The notes beneath the pieces are model-generated. The model saw only the letters and a program-made list of their open reading frames with translations, did not search any database and was not told the DNA's origin. From Mobula hypostoma (taxonomy: Eukaryota), in the NCBI RefSeq assembly GCF_963921235.1, contig NC_086097.1, positions 150,600,001 to 150,664,000 on the forward strand: a stretch of 64,000 nt of DNA, written 5' to 3'. Shown one piece after another: positions 38,815 to 51,700 of the stretch (within the stretch, counting starts at the first letter, position 1; every line of letters starts with the position of its first letter). A program made the translations under genes and the position numbers.

Positions 38815-40166
38815 TCAATGAAATCTATCGAATATTAAATAGAGTGGGTGTGGAAAGGATGTCTCCGGTCATGGGGTTGTCTAGGATCAGAGGGCAGAGT
38901 CTCAGAATAGATGGGGACATCCCTTTAGAAAAGGGATGTAGAATTTCTTTGGCCAGAGGGTGGATCAGGGCACAAAGGTTAAGGGGAGAAGTCAGGAGAG
39001 TGGGGTTGAAAGATAATAGGACGGAGCAGACTCGCTGGGCCGAACAACCAAATTCTGCACCTATGTCATATGGTCTAAGACAGGTTAGAAGTTGAATTGA
39101 ATGTGCATAAATACATCAATGCCAGTGTGTATTTACAAAGTAAAGATCATTACAGAAAGTGGTTAAAGTGTGTTGCACTGATGGAGGTAATAGAGGGAAT
39201 GGGGCAATAAATAGAATGTTTGAGCAGACTAACTGCCCAGAGGGCATAACTTTGAAGAAAGCATTAAGTTTTTGTTTTAATATCCCTAGATTTTTTTTTG
39301 CGTTAATAGCTGATTAACGTTTTAAATCCCCCACCTATTCGTTGATCTAATTTCTAATCGCCCCCTCCTCTAACAAAGGCGTAACATTAACTGTGGTTAC
39401 TACTATTTTCACTAATTTCGAAATGCTCCACCATTAAGTTATGCCTTCAGCTATCAAGTTCTGAGACGCTTCTCTGAACTTTTGCACTTTAATACTCTGT
39501 TCCGTTAGCCTCCCTTTCCTAATAGACACCTGCATGAAAATCCCTAACTTGTGGCTCAGACTCAAATTTTGACCTGATTTTACCTTTCCTGGTGTGTTTC
39601 CCCGTACTTTTAGACCTGAGTTGAAGATGCAAGTTATTGATTTCAGATGGGATGATTTTTATTTGGACTTTAATCGAAAAAGAAAATTAACTACAAGTTC
39701 TAGAAGCTTTGAGAAGTACCAACAAAGCAACCACTTTCAATTATGAACTCTTCTCACGAAACGAGAACTATCTAACTATCTGTGTTTTATTTCACACCGA
39801 CTCTTTCGATCAACGCTCCCGACCCCCCGCAGATAGGAGCTACAACTACTGACATGTCCCTTTGAGTGACAGGGTAAGGGCGGGTCCGAACGTGGCCTCC
39901 GCCAATCCTCGTTGGCAATCGGTCGTCAATCAAACTATGGCCGACAGCGGACAGGCGTTCATTGACTTTTCTTTCTCAATATATTCGTTAGAACTTTTGC
40001 TTTTCAAAATATATCACCAGTCAATACAAACAATTAATTAAAACTTTGTAACCATGGTCCGGAGGTTTTTTTTTGTTTTGAACTCCCTTCGGCTGGTAGC
40101 TCGCACTACTTTTACCTTTCAAAAGAAAGAGAAGAAACAGAAAATGACTCGGTCGCCAATACTCAC

Positions 40167-40185
40167 CTGGAGTCCGATGATCCAT
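40167..40185 (-). CDS. ZFAT: ZFAT coding exon 1 (MDHRTP + 1 nt, 19 bp)
   Basis: ATG GAT CAT CGG ACT CCA G followed by a canonical GTGAGT donor. It joins exon 2 in frame, lies just below the CpG-rich promoter, and matches the short METRAA-E first exon I recall for mammalian ZFAT. Confidence 0.85.
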
Positions 40186-40289
40186 GAGTTTAGATATAAA
40201 TATGTGATATTTTAATTCTAATTACATTTAGACGTTACTCGAAGAGGTGTCATTGTATTATATTTTTTAAAAATATTTTTTCACTTTCT

Positions 40290-40495
40290 GACGAATCTGC
40301 GGAAGTAACATGGCGGCTCCCCTTACCCGGAGTGCATCACGCGTACCAAGGAGGTTGACGATTGGGCGGGAAGGTGCAAGAAGTGACGCTAGACAGGCAG
40401 AGGGCGCTGGTCCTCCTACCGCTTGTCGGTCTCTAGTGACGTGAGCGGAGCTGAGAATTTGGCGAGTGCTCCTAGAGAGAAGACACGTGGCTTTG
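40290..40495 (-). promoter_or_regulatory. ZFAT CpG-rich core promoter
   Basis: Local CpG enrichment with ETS/GABP CGGAAGT (40300), YY1-like ACATGGCGGC (40308-40317), ATTGG/CCAAT next to GGGCGG (about 40361-40370), TGACGT (about 40437) and CACGTG (about 40484). Confidence 0.75.
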
Positions 40496-41352
40496 GGTTT
40501 GGAGAACACTTTAAGCATTTTCGTTCTTGGTAACTGCAGGGGAATATAAAATTGAGGTTTTTTAAAAAAAAATCTGCATTATTTGTGGAGTTAGTTCTGT
40601 TAGAGGATGATGAAATCCCTCACGTGGTGCCTCAACTGTATTTCGTTCTGTGGTGCAATCTTGGGAGGGCAGAACTTCACCAGTTCTTCTCACTGAGCAT
40701 AACAAATCGCCAGCCCTTTCCCCAACATCGTACAGTAACTACTGGTCACCACTGCTATGAGTACCAACCTTCTTCCCTCCAATCTCCCACCTACTTGTCC
40801 TCTACCATCCATAAACACCACCTCTGAATTTCACCAGTTCTCCATTCACTCTTACTACTTTTACAATAGCAGCCACACACCCCTACATTACTCGCCCACC
40901 TGCTCTCCTAACCTCTAGTCTTCCATCTCCACTCTCTCCGTCTTTGGCCCTGTCGCAATCCAACATAAATCAAAAGTGACCCTCTTACCAATTCTAGCTG
41001 CTGCCTTTCTGGTCGAACCTTTCCAATCCTAAAGTGGTGCTTTCTTGGCTATGCCAGAAACCCCATCTTCATTCTGAAAGTATTTTGTCCTGCCCATTCT
41101 CACATCACCCCCATCGCATGCTGATTAGGATGCAATTTTTGACTAGATCATAGTTCCTAGGTGACCTACAAAGAAAATGATGTTTAAATATTTCATCAGT
41201 ATTCCAATTTCTCTATAAATGCTAACAGTTTTCATACAACATGGTGGAATAGTGGGCAGTGAAAAAAATATCTGATGTTACACCAGAATATAGATCAAGT
41301 GGACAAGAGAATGGGAAATAAGATTTATCTTGGACAGGTGAGATTGATGCAT

Positions 41353-41490
41353 TTGGGAATTTGAACCGAGACAGGATGTACAGGCAAAACTCACTGTTGG
41401 GAATTTGAACCGGGACAGGATGTACAGGCAAAACCCACTGTTGGGAATTTGAACCGGGACAGGATGTACAGGCAAAACCCACTGTTGGGA
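41353..41490. repeat. 44-bp minisatellite, about 3 copies
   Basis: ttgggaatttgaaccg(a/g)gacaggatgtacaggcaaaac(t/c)cactg repeated in tandem without spacers. Confidence 0.9.
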
Positions 41491-41699
41491 AGGGGTTATA
41501 TCCCTAGAAAATAGTCTGTATCATGATTTTCTAAACGGTGAAGCTACATCATTCACACGTCAAGAGGTACATTGAAAAAAAATTTAATTAAGCATTGATT
41601 TTTTTTTAAGATAAATTCTGAGAGGTTTTTTTTTCTGTTTTTCAAACTTTTGGGTAGTGATTTGTGAATTCTGCAACCTGAAAAGCCGTAACATAGGGT

Positions 41700-42290
41700 T
41701 CAGCTGTTCACAGTGAACGGCAGGCCTCCAGGGTGTGTTGTTGAATAGGGAGACTTCGGGGTACAAGTATGTGGATTCCTGAAAGTGACGACGTGGGTAG
41801 ACAGGTTGCCGAAGAAGTCTTGCCTTCATCAGCTGAGACAACGAGTGCAGTAGTTGGAACATTATGTTACACAAGTTGAAAGCGTGATTAGGTTGCACTC
41901 GAAGCTGTTCTGGTCACCACAGCACAGGAAAGTTATAATTACAGAGGAGGCTACAGAAAAGATTCACAAAGATGTTGTCTGAATTGGAGTACTTGAGTTA
42001 TCAGGAGAGATTGGATAGGCTGGGTCTGTCTCACCAGGAGCAAATGTGGCTGAGAGGTGACATGATGGATGTACTGTATATATAATTATGAGGCATAGGA
42101 AGATCTCCAGAATATGTTTCCTATGGTAGGGAGTGTCTAAAACTAGGGAGTAGGGGTTTAAAGTGGGAGGGGGGAGAGGAGATTTTAAAGGGGCCTGAGA
42201 GGTACATTTTTCACACAAGGAGAGGCTGATATCTGGAATGTGCTGCCAGAGCTGGCGGAGGTAGGGACAACAGCAACATTTACAAGGCAA
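41700..42290 (+). mobile_element. Degraded CR1 3' fragment
   Basis: gattcacaaagatgttg and gtgtctaaaactagggg...tttaaagtg CR1 3' motifs. Confidence 0.6.
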
Positions 42291-43599
42291 CACTCAAAAA
42301 CTGCGAGAGGAACTTGGCATCTATGAAAGGAATGGACAGTTGACAGATATTTTCCAGGAATATTGAGAACACAAGGCCCTAAGCATTTTCAATGATCCCT
42401 CCCATCTGTGCAATAATCTCTTTGTTCTCCCCCCCCCCACCCCATCACGTAGCATAAGGACAAGGACTGTTCAGCTGTAAGACCCTGCCACCACCCAAGT
42501 CTCATCACGTATGAAGCACCAGTAGCATTATGCAGTTTACTTTTTAACTTACATCATAAATGCACCTTATTATTTATTAATTTATTTGTGATAATATTAC
42601 TTAATGTGTGTGAGTTATATGTACCATGTTGTACACCTTGGTCTGTTGGAAAGTTGTTTCATTTGGCAGTGTACAGGTATGCTATTGAAATGACAATGAA
42701 CCTGAACTTGGCTCATCTGCGCTCCAGATTCATCACTTCATTCCATTGATGTTGCCTTGCCTACTGGGTTCCTTCAGCAGTTTGGATGTTGTTCCAGACT
42801 CCAACATTTGTTGTCTCTTGTGTCTTCATGGCTTCTGGACAAATATTTGAGTAAAAAAAGGCACAGAGGGAGATTGAATTAGGCAACATAGCTGGGAAAC
42901 GGCCTGTTTCTATGCTGTAAATCTCAATGACCCTTTGTCATCCTTGCTTTTAAACAAAAAACTGTTTTGTTACCAATGATAATGTCAGAGCAAGTGAATA
43001 CTTTCCATCTTTAAGTATTGGGGCAGAGATGTTATTAATTGTTTTTCCTTCCAGAAGTGCCACTTCCCTGCTAAATTTCTGGTATGTTCTACTTTTAATT
43101 CATTTTTTTTAGCTTCTGCAGGAAATTTCTGTGTAGAGCTGATATTACCTTGTGGAAAGCCTTTGTCAATCCAAACATGTGAAAAACCCTTCATTTAGAT
43201 TCCCAAGCTATAACCACCTGTCCCTGTCCCTCTTTGGAAATCATAACTTTGTGCTTGACAAGCTCATCATCAAAGTTACTGTTTTCCACCTCTGGTACTT
43301 GTTGCTCAGGTTTAGCACAACTTATTCTTCTAGTTCGACAGGAGCTCCATAGTCTGCTTCACTCATTCTTATTGCTCCTGTATTATTTATCTCATCTTTT
43401 GCAGCAGCCCTTTGAGTGATCTTGTGCTGTTCCTTTTGTACCTCACAGGCACTTTCCGAGTCACTCAGTGCTGCACTTCTACTTGGACAATTTGGCCCTC
43501 TCCTCCTCTTCCCTGTGCTCAGTCAGAGGTGGAGCATGTGATTCTGGAAGGGAAAGAACACAATTAATTTGCTCCTCACCTTTTTTTTAAGAACTAGAA

Positions 43600-44712
43600 T
43601 TTACTTAAATCTGACATCCATCACACAAAGTGAGGCAGTAAGAATCTTTGCGCTATGACTCCGTTGCAGTGTATACACATGTTAATTTATAAGTCTAATG
43701 GTTTGTAGAAAGAAGCTGTCCCGTAGCCTGTTAGTCTGACTTTAATGCTGTGGTAGTGTTTGCCAGACGGAAGCAGCTGAAACAGTTTATGGTTGGGGTG
43801 ACTGGTGTCCCTGATGATCTTCCAGGCCTTTTTTCTGCATGTGCTGCTATAAATGTCCTCAATGAAGAGAAGTTCACATCCACAGATGCACTGGGCTGTC
43901 CGTACCACTCTCTGCAGTGCCCAGCGATCAAGGTTGGTACAGTTCCCATACCAGGCAGTGATACAGCCAGTCAGGATGCTCTCAGTGGTGCCCTTTGAGA
44001 AGATCTTTAGGGTTTGGGGCCTCATGCCGAACTTCTTCAGTCGCCTGAGGTGGAAGAGATGCTGTTGTGCTTCTTTTGCCACAAAGCTGGTGTTTACAGT
44101 CCTGGTGAGATCATTGATGTGTATACCGAGGAATTTGAAACTACTCACCCTCTCAACTGCGGAACCATTGATGTTGATCGGGCTGAGCCTGTCTCCATTC
44201 CTCCTGTAATCCAGAATCAACTCTTTTGTTTTTTTGGACATTGAGGGAGAGGCTATCCTGGCACCCCTGTGTCGGGATGTCAACCTCTCCTCTGTAGGCT
44301 GTCTCATTACCGCTAGAAATTAGGCCGATCTAAGTCGTGTCATCTATGAATTTGATCAGCAGATTGGAGCTGTGTGTGGCAGCACAGTCACGGGTGTAAA
44401 GGGAGTAGAGGAGAGGGCTCAGGACACAACCCTGGGTCAGAGGGTCAGAGGGGCAGAGGTGAGGGAGCACATCCTGACCACCTGTCAGTGATCTGAATGG
44501 AAGATTAGGATCCAGCTGCACAAGGCGGGGTGCAAGCCAAGTTCTCTGAGCTTCCTGTCAACTCTGAAGGGAATTATGGTGTTGAATGCTGAACTGTAGT
44601 CCAGGAACAGCATTCTAACGCATGCATCCCTCTTCTCCAGGTGAGTGAGGACGGTGTTAGTGCTGTGGCTATGGCGTCATCAATAGATTGGTTCCGTCAG
44701 TAGTTGAATTAT
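43600..44712 (-). mobile_element. Rex-Babar-type LINE 3' portion
   Basis: [33 protein letters not shown] and GCITAWYGNC motifs. Confidence 0.88.
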
Positions 44713-45347
44713 AGATTAGATTATGAGGACACTCAGTCCTCATTTATTGTCTTTTAGAAATGCATGCATTAAGAAATGATACAATGTTCCTGCAGTATGA
44801 AATCACAGAAACACAGGACAGACCAAGACTAAAACTGACGAAAACCACATAATCATAACATATAGTTACAACAGTACAAAGCAATACCTTAATTAAGAGC
44901 AGACCATGGGCACGGTAAAAAAAAAGTCTCTAGTCCCGAAAGCCCCATCATCTCACGCAGATGGTAGAAGGGAGAAACTCTCCCTGCCATGAACCTCCAG
45001 CGCCGCAAACTTGCCGATGCAGCACCCTGGAAGCAGCCGACTCTGAGTCCGTCCAAAAACTTCGAACCTCCGACACCAGGCACTGAGCGCATCGACCCCG
45101 CCCCAGCCGCCAAGCAACAAGCAAAGCCGAGGACTCGGGGCCTTCCCCGCTGGAGATTCAGGATCACACAGTAGCAGCGGCAGCGAAACAGGCATTTCAG
45201 AAGTTTCACCAGATGTTCCTCCGTGCTCTCACGTCTGCCTCCATCAAATCAGGATTTTGCACGGCACCCTACTTGACAGATAACAGATATTGATCACCGG
45301 AGTGGCCGCTGTGCGCTGCGTTGTGCCTCCATCTTCTCCTCTCCTCT
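44710..45347 (-). mobile_element. Short non-coding retroelement inserted in the Rex LINE
   Basis: On the minus strand: GC-rich 5' end (aagatggaggc...), 3' AATAAA, stem-loop ATGAGGAC-tgagt-GTCCTCAT and (aatct)n tail. Confidence 0.5.
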
Positions 45348-47600
45348 AGGGTGTCCTTTCTGCTGAATTGGTGCAGTGGTTAACCAGAAGTGCTCCAGTC
45401 TGGACCCCGTCTAGTGCTGGAAATTTCTTGATGCAACAGCCCATGAAAGTATGCAGTCAATAAATGCCTCTTAAATATAGTGAGATTATTTGCATCCAGC
45501 GCCACCCCGATGGGGCAATGCATTCCAGGTTTCAACTATTTTCAGCATGAAAAACAACCCTTTCTCAAATTTCTTTCAGAAGAAATTTAAGCCCTCCCTT
45601 CACAGACATCTCTGTCAAGGGAAAAGTTTCTCATTTTCTTCCCTCTATCTCATCCATCCTAGTGTTTCCAGCCCTTCTCCGGTCTGTGTACAGGCGGAGT
45701 TGCTCCTGGGCAGAGGAATTTGGCTACAGTTGTACCTGGACGCATTTCTTCCCATCACTGCAATCCACTGAAGTATCTTTATGCATCATAATACTCAGAA
45801 AATTAATCTTAAGGCTAATTTTAAATATTTTGTCGCTATCTGTACTGTGTGTACCACTCTACCATGGTTTTATTTATTCCTGTGGAATACATGGCATCCC
45901 CACCAGTGTGCTCTGCATATTCATGGATACATGGACTATACTTCGCATTCTTTTGCTAGTGTGTGGGATGCCTTCCTTTTTTTTTGCAGTTATAGTAATG
46001 GGCTGTTTGAATGGAGAAACCAGATCTGAGTATCTGCCTTGGTGTTGATAGCAGGGCCTCCCATCTTTTGTCAATATGTAAAGCAAGAGATTCCCAGCCT
46101 TCCCATCCGGAAGACACAGCCGACATCACTGTTACCATCCCGGTGACCTTGCACAATGCTCTCATGTCTGCATCAAAAACTGAGTAAAATTCTTCTGTAT
46201 TACCTTTATTCAAAAATAAGACCTGGAGTGTTGAAGCGCCTGATCTGTGTACACTAATCAGTTTTTGAGCATTATTATGTGTCCTTTCCAAAACTCTAGA
46301 GCTTTGAGAGTCACCACCTCTGACGTGATTTGACATGTACTGAAATTGTAGCTCTGAAATATCTCAGACGTTGTAAGGTTAAAGTTGTCCCTAAATTTAC
46401 TTCCATTTCACCAAATATGACACAATCTGCACTGTGTGGTGCCAAGTGAGCTCGTGTTGCGTAACTGTATTTCCCTAGAGAGTATGATTTTTTTTCATTC
46501 ATTGTTTTTCCTGTAACTTTTCAAAATAAATGCCAAACATCTCCTCAGTCTTTAGTTGTACTATAGAGTCAGAAGCAGGTTTATTACAACTGACATATGT
46601 TGTGAAATATATTGCTTTGTGGCAGCAGCACAGTGCAAGACATTAAAAAATACTGCAAGGAACAATATAAAAAATAAATAGAGCAAAAGAGTAATGGTGA
46701 GGTAATAGTGTTCACAAATCTGATAACAGAAGGGAAGAAACTGTTCCTAAAACATAGAGTGTGGGTCTTCAGGCTCCTGTGCCTCCTCGCGGATGGTAGT
46801 AACGAGCAATGGCACTTGTGGTATTTTTACCATTTTGCCTTGAGCCCTATTTGTCAGGCTGCTTTTTATCAGTTACAGCATAGTATTCAACACCATCATC
46901 CCTTTAGTACTAATAAATAAGCTTCAAAACTTTATTATTGGGAGACCACATTCAGTGTGGATTGGTAATAACATTGCCTCTATAACATATGAATTTGTGC
47001 AACCGGGTGACCATCAAATCTTATTCATCATCGTTAAAAGTGTACTTAGGCACCCATCCAGGTAATGCTAGTATAGTTGTCTGCCTTTAAGTGGAGACGG
47101 TGATGTCATTATGTACGCTTGGGATAGTGGGGAGACCATTTTTGTATTCTGCAGAAGAAGCTGGTGTGACTTTGGGATTAAGTTCCTCCCAGAGATACTG
47201 GGCATGGTGAGGAAAGTGAGTGTTAATTGACGATATCCATGTGAATTTGTTTATGCTTGTTGGCAAATCAAGAATATTGGTAATTTGACATGTTTTACGT
47301 GTGGATGCTTAAGATTTTCACGAGTGAAGGCATCGGCGCTGGATAGCATGGCTTGTGCAAAGTTCCTTACCGGACAAGTAGATCAGTCTTCCTGTAATTT
47401 AACTACCAGGCAATATCTTGTAAAAGTTGTGCCAAAGTGTACCTTTTGTCTAACTTTATTGTATCATGACTGATTGTGAATGTAACAGCGTAACGTGAAT
47501 GTTTAGTCTCTGGAAGTTCAGCACGTGTGTACTAAAAAGTAGTAAATGTCTTAGATGAGACGTATTCGCTTACATTTTCGCTGCTATGTATAAGGTACAG

Positions 47601-48792
47601 CAGGGGTCCCCAACCTTTTTTGCACTGCGGACTGGTTTAATATTGACAATATTCTTGCGGACCGGCCGACCCGGGGTGGGGGGGTGTAGGGTTGCCAATG
47701 GACAAGAATAGCGATCAAATACGTTGTGTTTACCCAGAGAAAGACTACAATGACCATGAAGCCTTGCACGGGCACCAGTGTGCGTGCGTGTACCTGCCGA
47801 TTTTTTTTCCTGCAAATCGTTCTTGGCGATTCTGTTCGGGGTGGGGGGGGGGGTTAATCACGACTGGAATATAGGTGATAAGTGGCTAATACACTCAATT
47901 TCGTTTCTAAAAGGTTTATCTAACGAATTTAATACTAAACACACAGCGCATATTTTCCTCACATGAATATAGTGATAAGGCAATTATCAGGGGAGGACGG
48001 GGAGCTTGAAGTAAGTGTTGAACGAACTTCCAGTAGAAGTAGTAGAGGCAGGTTCGATATTATCATTTAAAGAAACATTGGATAGGTATATGGACAGGAA
48101 ACGAATGGAGGGTTATGGGCTGAGTGCAGGTCGGTGGGACTAGGTGAGAGTTGCGTTCGGCACGGACTAGAAGGGCAGAGATGGCCTGTTTCTGTGCTGT
48201 AATTGTTATATGGTTATATAAGTCACTTGTAACTCAATAGCATCATAACATTTTAAGTAACGTTTGGATATTAAACACACAGCACAAATTTTCCCTGTAT
48301 GAACATGTAAAATCATTGCAACACACCAATATCGCTGAATCAGTGGGAGCCCTGGGCTTGTTTCCCTGCAACAAGACGGTCCTATCGAGGGGTGATAGGA
48401 GACAGTGATACTCAAAGGGGGCTCCTTATGTCCAGTCTATTCCGCAATTTAGTTTTCGTTGCATTCATTGCAGAAAACTCTGCTTCGCAGAAAAATGTTG
48501 GAAATGGAAGCAACGTTTTCAGTGCTTTCGTGGCTATCTCAGGATATTTAGCCTTGACTTTGATCCAGAATGCAGGCAGAGATGTTATGTCAAATATACT
48601 TTTCAGCCTGCCGTCATTTGCAAGCTCGAAGAGTTGATCTTCTTCCCACGCTGACATGGATGACGCATGCGTAATGACCTCGCATGCATTGCAGCTGACT
48701 CCTATCACCAAATCATATCGTTACTTCGTGGCCCGGTAGCATATGCTTTGCGGCCCAGTACCAGTCCACAGCCCGGTGGTTGGGGACTGCTG
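47601..48792 (-). mobile_element. hAT-Charlie/Buster-like element inserted in the Gypsy 5' LTR
   Basis: CAGGGGTCCCCAACC / GGTTGGGGACTGCTG TIRs, 8-bp TSD AGGTACAG (47593-47600 / 48793-48800), with the empty site visible in the 3' LTR. Same family as 37590-38312; carries an internal CR1 tail. Confidence 0.92.
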
Positions 48793-51700
48793 AGGTACAG
48801 GGTTGGTGGGATTCTAATGTTGTTTGTATTGTGTTCCTTCAGAATTGCCACTACTGTATTAGTTCCGTATTAGTTTTGTGTGGTTTGCTTTATGTATTTT
48901 AATACTGCATATGCAATTCGTCAATAGACAAGGGTGTGGATCGAAAGTTAAACTGAGATTGTAATGGCAAGAACTGGTTGTAAATTCATTTGTTTTGTTT
49001 TGAGACCCTCTTCGGTACTAAAACATCTAAAACAGAGAAAGGAATTAAAACCCGAAAACGTATTTACAGCAAAGGATAGCAGCAACTCCTTTTGCAGGCT
49101 TGTTGTGAAAACTATGAAGACTTGAGCTCTTACTATGTTACACTCAGAGGATACACCAGTTGAACTTGATTTGAATGAACAATTTAGGGAATTGCATAGT
49201 AGATATGATGAAGCCATGGCAACCATAGATAAATTAAGCAAAATGTCCTATGTATATGTCCCAAGGGAAAGACGCATTGTTCCATTTACGGGGGATGTTG
49301 AGAAAGATGGGAGGTCTGTTGATGACTTTATTGAAGAAGTACAACGTGTACTTCATACTAGAAATCAGTCTGACCAGGATCAGTATGACTTTGTTATGTC
49401 CCTGCTCGGGGTGCAGCCTTAGAGGAAGCACGTATGCGCAGTGATGCCGGGGAAGACTGTACTGCGGACTTGTTCACCTATCTCAGGGAAACTTTTAGAG
49501 ACAAGTGTAGTGCACTCCAGCTGTGGCATAACTTCTACAGTCGCAAACAGCGTGAGGGTGAAGATGTAAGAGAGTTTTCACATGCCCTAGCCCAAGCTCT
49601 TAACTTGATTCTGAAGCACTTCCCCGATGCTGTGACCAATGAGAGGGTGGTGCTAAGAGATCAATTTATAGAGGGGATCCAGGATCCTTCCCTCAGAAGG
49701 GGGCTCCACAGATTCGTGAGGGGCCTCCTGAGTCCTCAATGATAGAAGTGCGAGAGGAGGCTCGTCTGTGGCTCATAGAAGAGCCCCTGGGAAATACAAA
49801 GTCTGGAAAGTCGAAGTGTAGCAGTAGTCAGGCACAGTACTCGGTTCTTAAAGCTCGGGAATCTGAGTCTGTCACATTAGATGACGTCCTTAAAGTGGTC
49901 GCAGAGCAGGGCAAAGCCCTTTGTGAATTGACTCAAGCAGTGAAAGATCTCACTGTGCAGAGGGATTTTACATGCGCTACTAGCAGTATACGTCAGTTAC
50001 AGCCTAGGTTAACAGAAGATAGTCAACCAATATGTTTCAAGTGTCAGGTGGGAGGGCATTTGGCCAAGAATTGCCCACAGTAGCGGGGTGCAAGGGAAGT
50101 GGAGTCTGCTTCCTCCTGCCCTCCAAGCGGTTGGGAATCGGGCAATTCGGCGGAACCTCACAGATACAGATAATGTACAGCTATCCCATGACCAGTTGTT
50201 GCAACATGCTATAGGAACATGTCCAGTTGTTGAGCTTGAAGTATCAGGTGTCACTGTGCGTTGTCTGTTGGACACAGGTAGTCAAGTAAGCACCCTGACC
50301 GAGCAGTTCTTTCAAGAACACTTGAAGGAGACGACGAGGATATGTTGTCCACTGCTGGCTGGCAGCTGCAAACGGTCTTGATATTCCTTACCTTGGGTAT
50401 CGAGAGCTAGAGGGTCAAACAATGGGCATGAAGATATCAAATTGTGGCTTTCTAGTAGTCAGGGAGCCTGTTAGCACTGAACCACCTATCCCATGTATTG
50501 TAGGCATGAACATTATCAACCAGTGTAGGCAACTTGTTTATGCAGAGTTTGACACAACCCTAGAAGGGAAGCTGGATTCTGATTGGAGGGAAGTTTTCCA
50601 AAGTGCAGATGCACACTACTGAAACCAAAGCAGTAGTCCGAGTATTGGGAAAAGATACTGAGCACATACCTGCTGGATCTGTAGACACCATTGCGGCTAG
50701 CAAGGCCACTGGTGATGCTGGTAGTGACCATGAAATGTTACTTGAGCCACTTAAAACCCCTTTACCAGGAGGTGTTGTTGACATTCCTACACTCATTGAC
50801 TCTGGTAATCGTATAGTGCCAGTGCAGATTTTAAACCTCTCTCGAGAGGATGTATGGCTCGCACCTAGGACCCTGCTGGGTATCCTGTCAAAGGTGGAGT
50901 GCATAGATAGTGATCCACAATGTGCAGTAAGATTTTTAGTGGATCTCAGCTGGCATTGATCACGTGACAGTGAGTGTAAAGGAGGAGTGTAGTAATCACA
51001 AGTGAAAGTCAATTCTAGACAAGCTTGACTCTGGGGGTAGTGAAGGACAACAAGCTCAGCTAAGAGCTTTACTGGTTAAGTACCTGGATATCTTTGCAGT
51101 TGAAGAGGAAGACCTTGGGTACACTGACAAGGTCAAGCATGAAATTCAGTTAACTGATGACGAGCCTGTTTCACAGCCATACCATCGCGTTCGCCGAACC
51201 AGTACAATGAAGTGAAGGAGCACATCTCAAAGTTGTTGAAGAAGGGTGTGATTCAGGAGAGCAATAGTGCGTATGCCTCACCTGTGGTGTTGGTCCGGAA
51301 GGCTGATGGTAGCATAAGACTGTGTGTAGATTATCTGAGACTGAATCTTAAGACCAGAAAGGACGCGTTCCCGCTGCTGCGTATTGATGAGAGTTCTGAT
51401 GCCCTGGGGGGAGCGCAATTTTTCTCGACAATAGACCTCACGAGTGGTTACCAGCAAGTGGCGGTAGAGGAGTGTGATAGGCATAAGACTGCTTTTTCGA
51501 CCCCATTTGGTCTGTATGAATATCTTCGTATGTCGTTTGGGGTCTGCAATGGGCCAGCGACTTTTCAAGGGCTCATGCAGGCAACCATGAATGACTTAGT
51601 TTTCCAAATCATGCTTGTGTACTTGGGTAATATTCTGGTGTATTCACAGACTTTCCAGGAACACTTGGAGAGGCTCAACACTGTGCTTAAGCACCTCCAG

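Larger units (their letters stand above)
37290..39080 (+). mobile_element. CR1 3' fragment split by nested DNA transposons
   Basis: QFWAPYLRKAVLVLERVQRRF ends at 37429 and the CR1 sequence resumes at 38815. Confidence 0.8.

Noticed and set aside
40310..40357. Plus-strand ATGGCGGCT start of a divergent protein-coding gene
   Set aside because: It stops after 15 codons, has only a weak donor, and no downstream plus-strand exons were recognised. A YY1 motif explains it.
41353..41490. Regular 44-bp repeats suggesting a CRISPR array
   Set aside because: The units are directly adjacent with no unique spacers and the context is eukaryotic, so this is a minisatellite.
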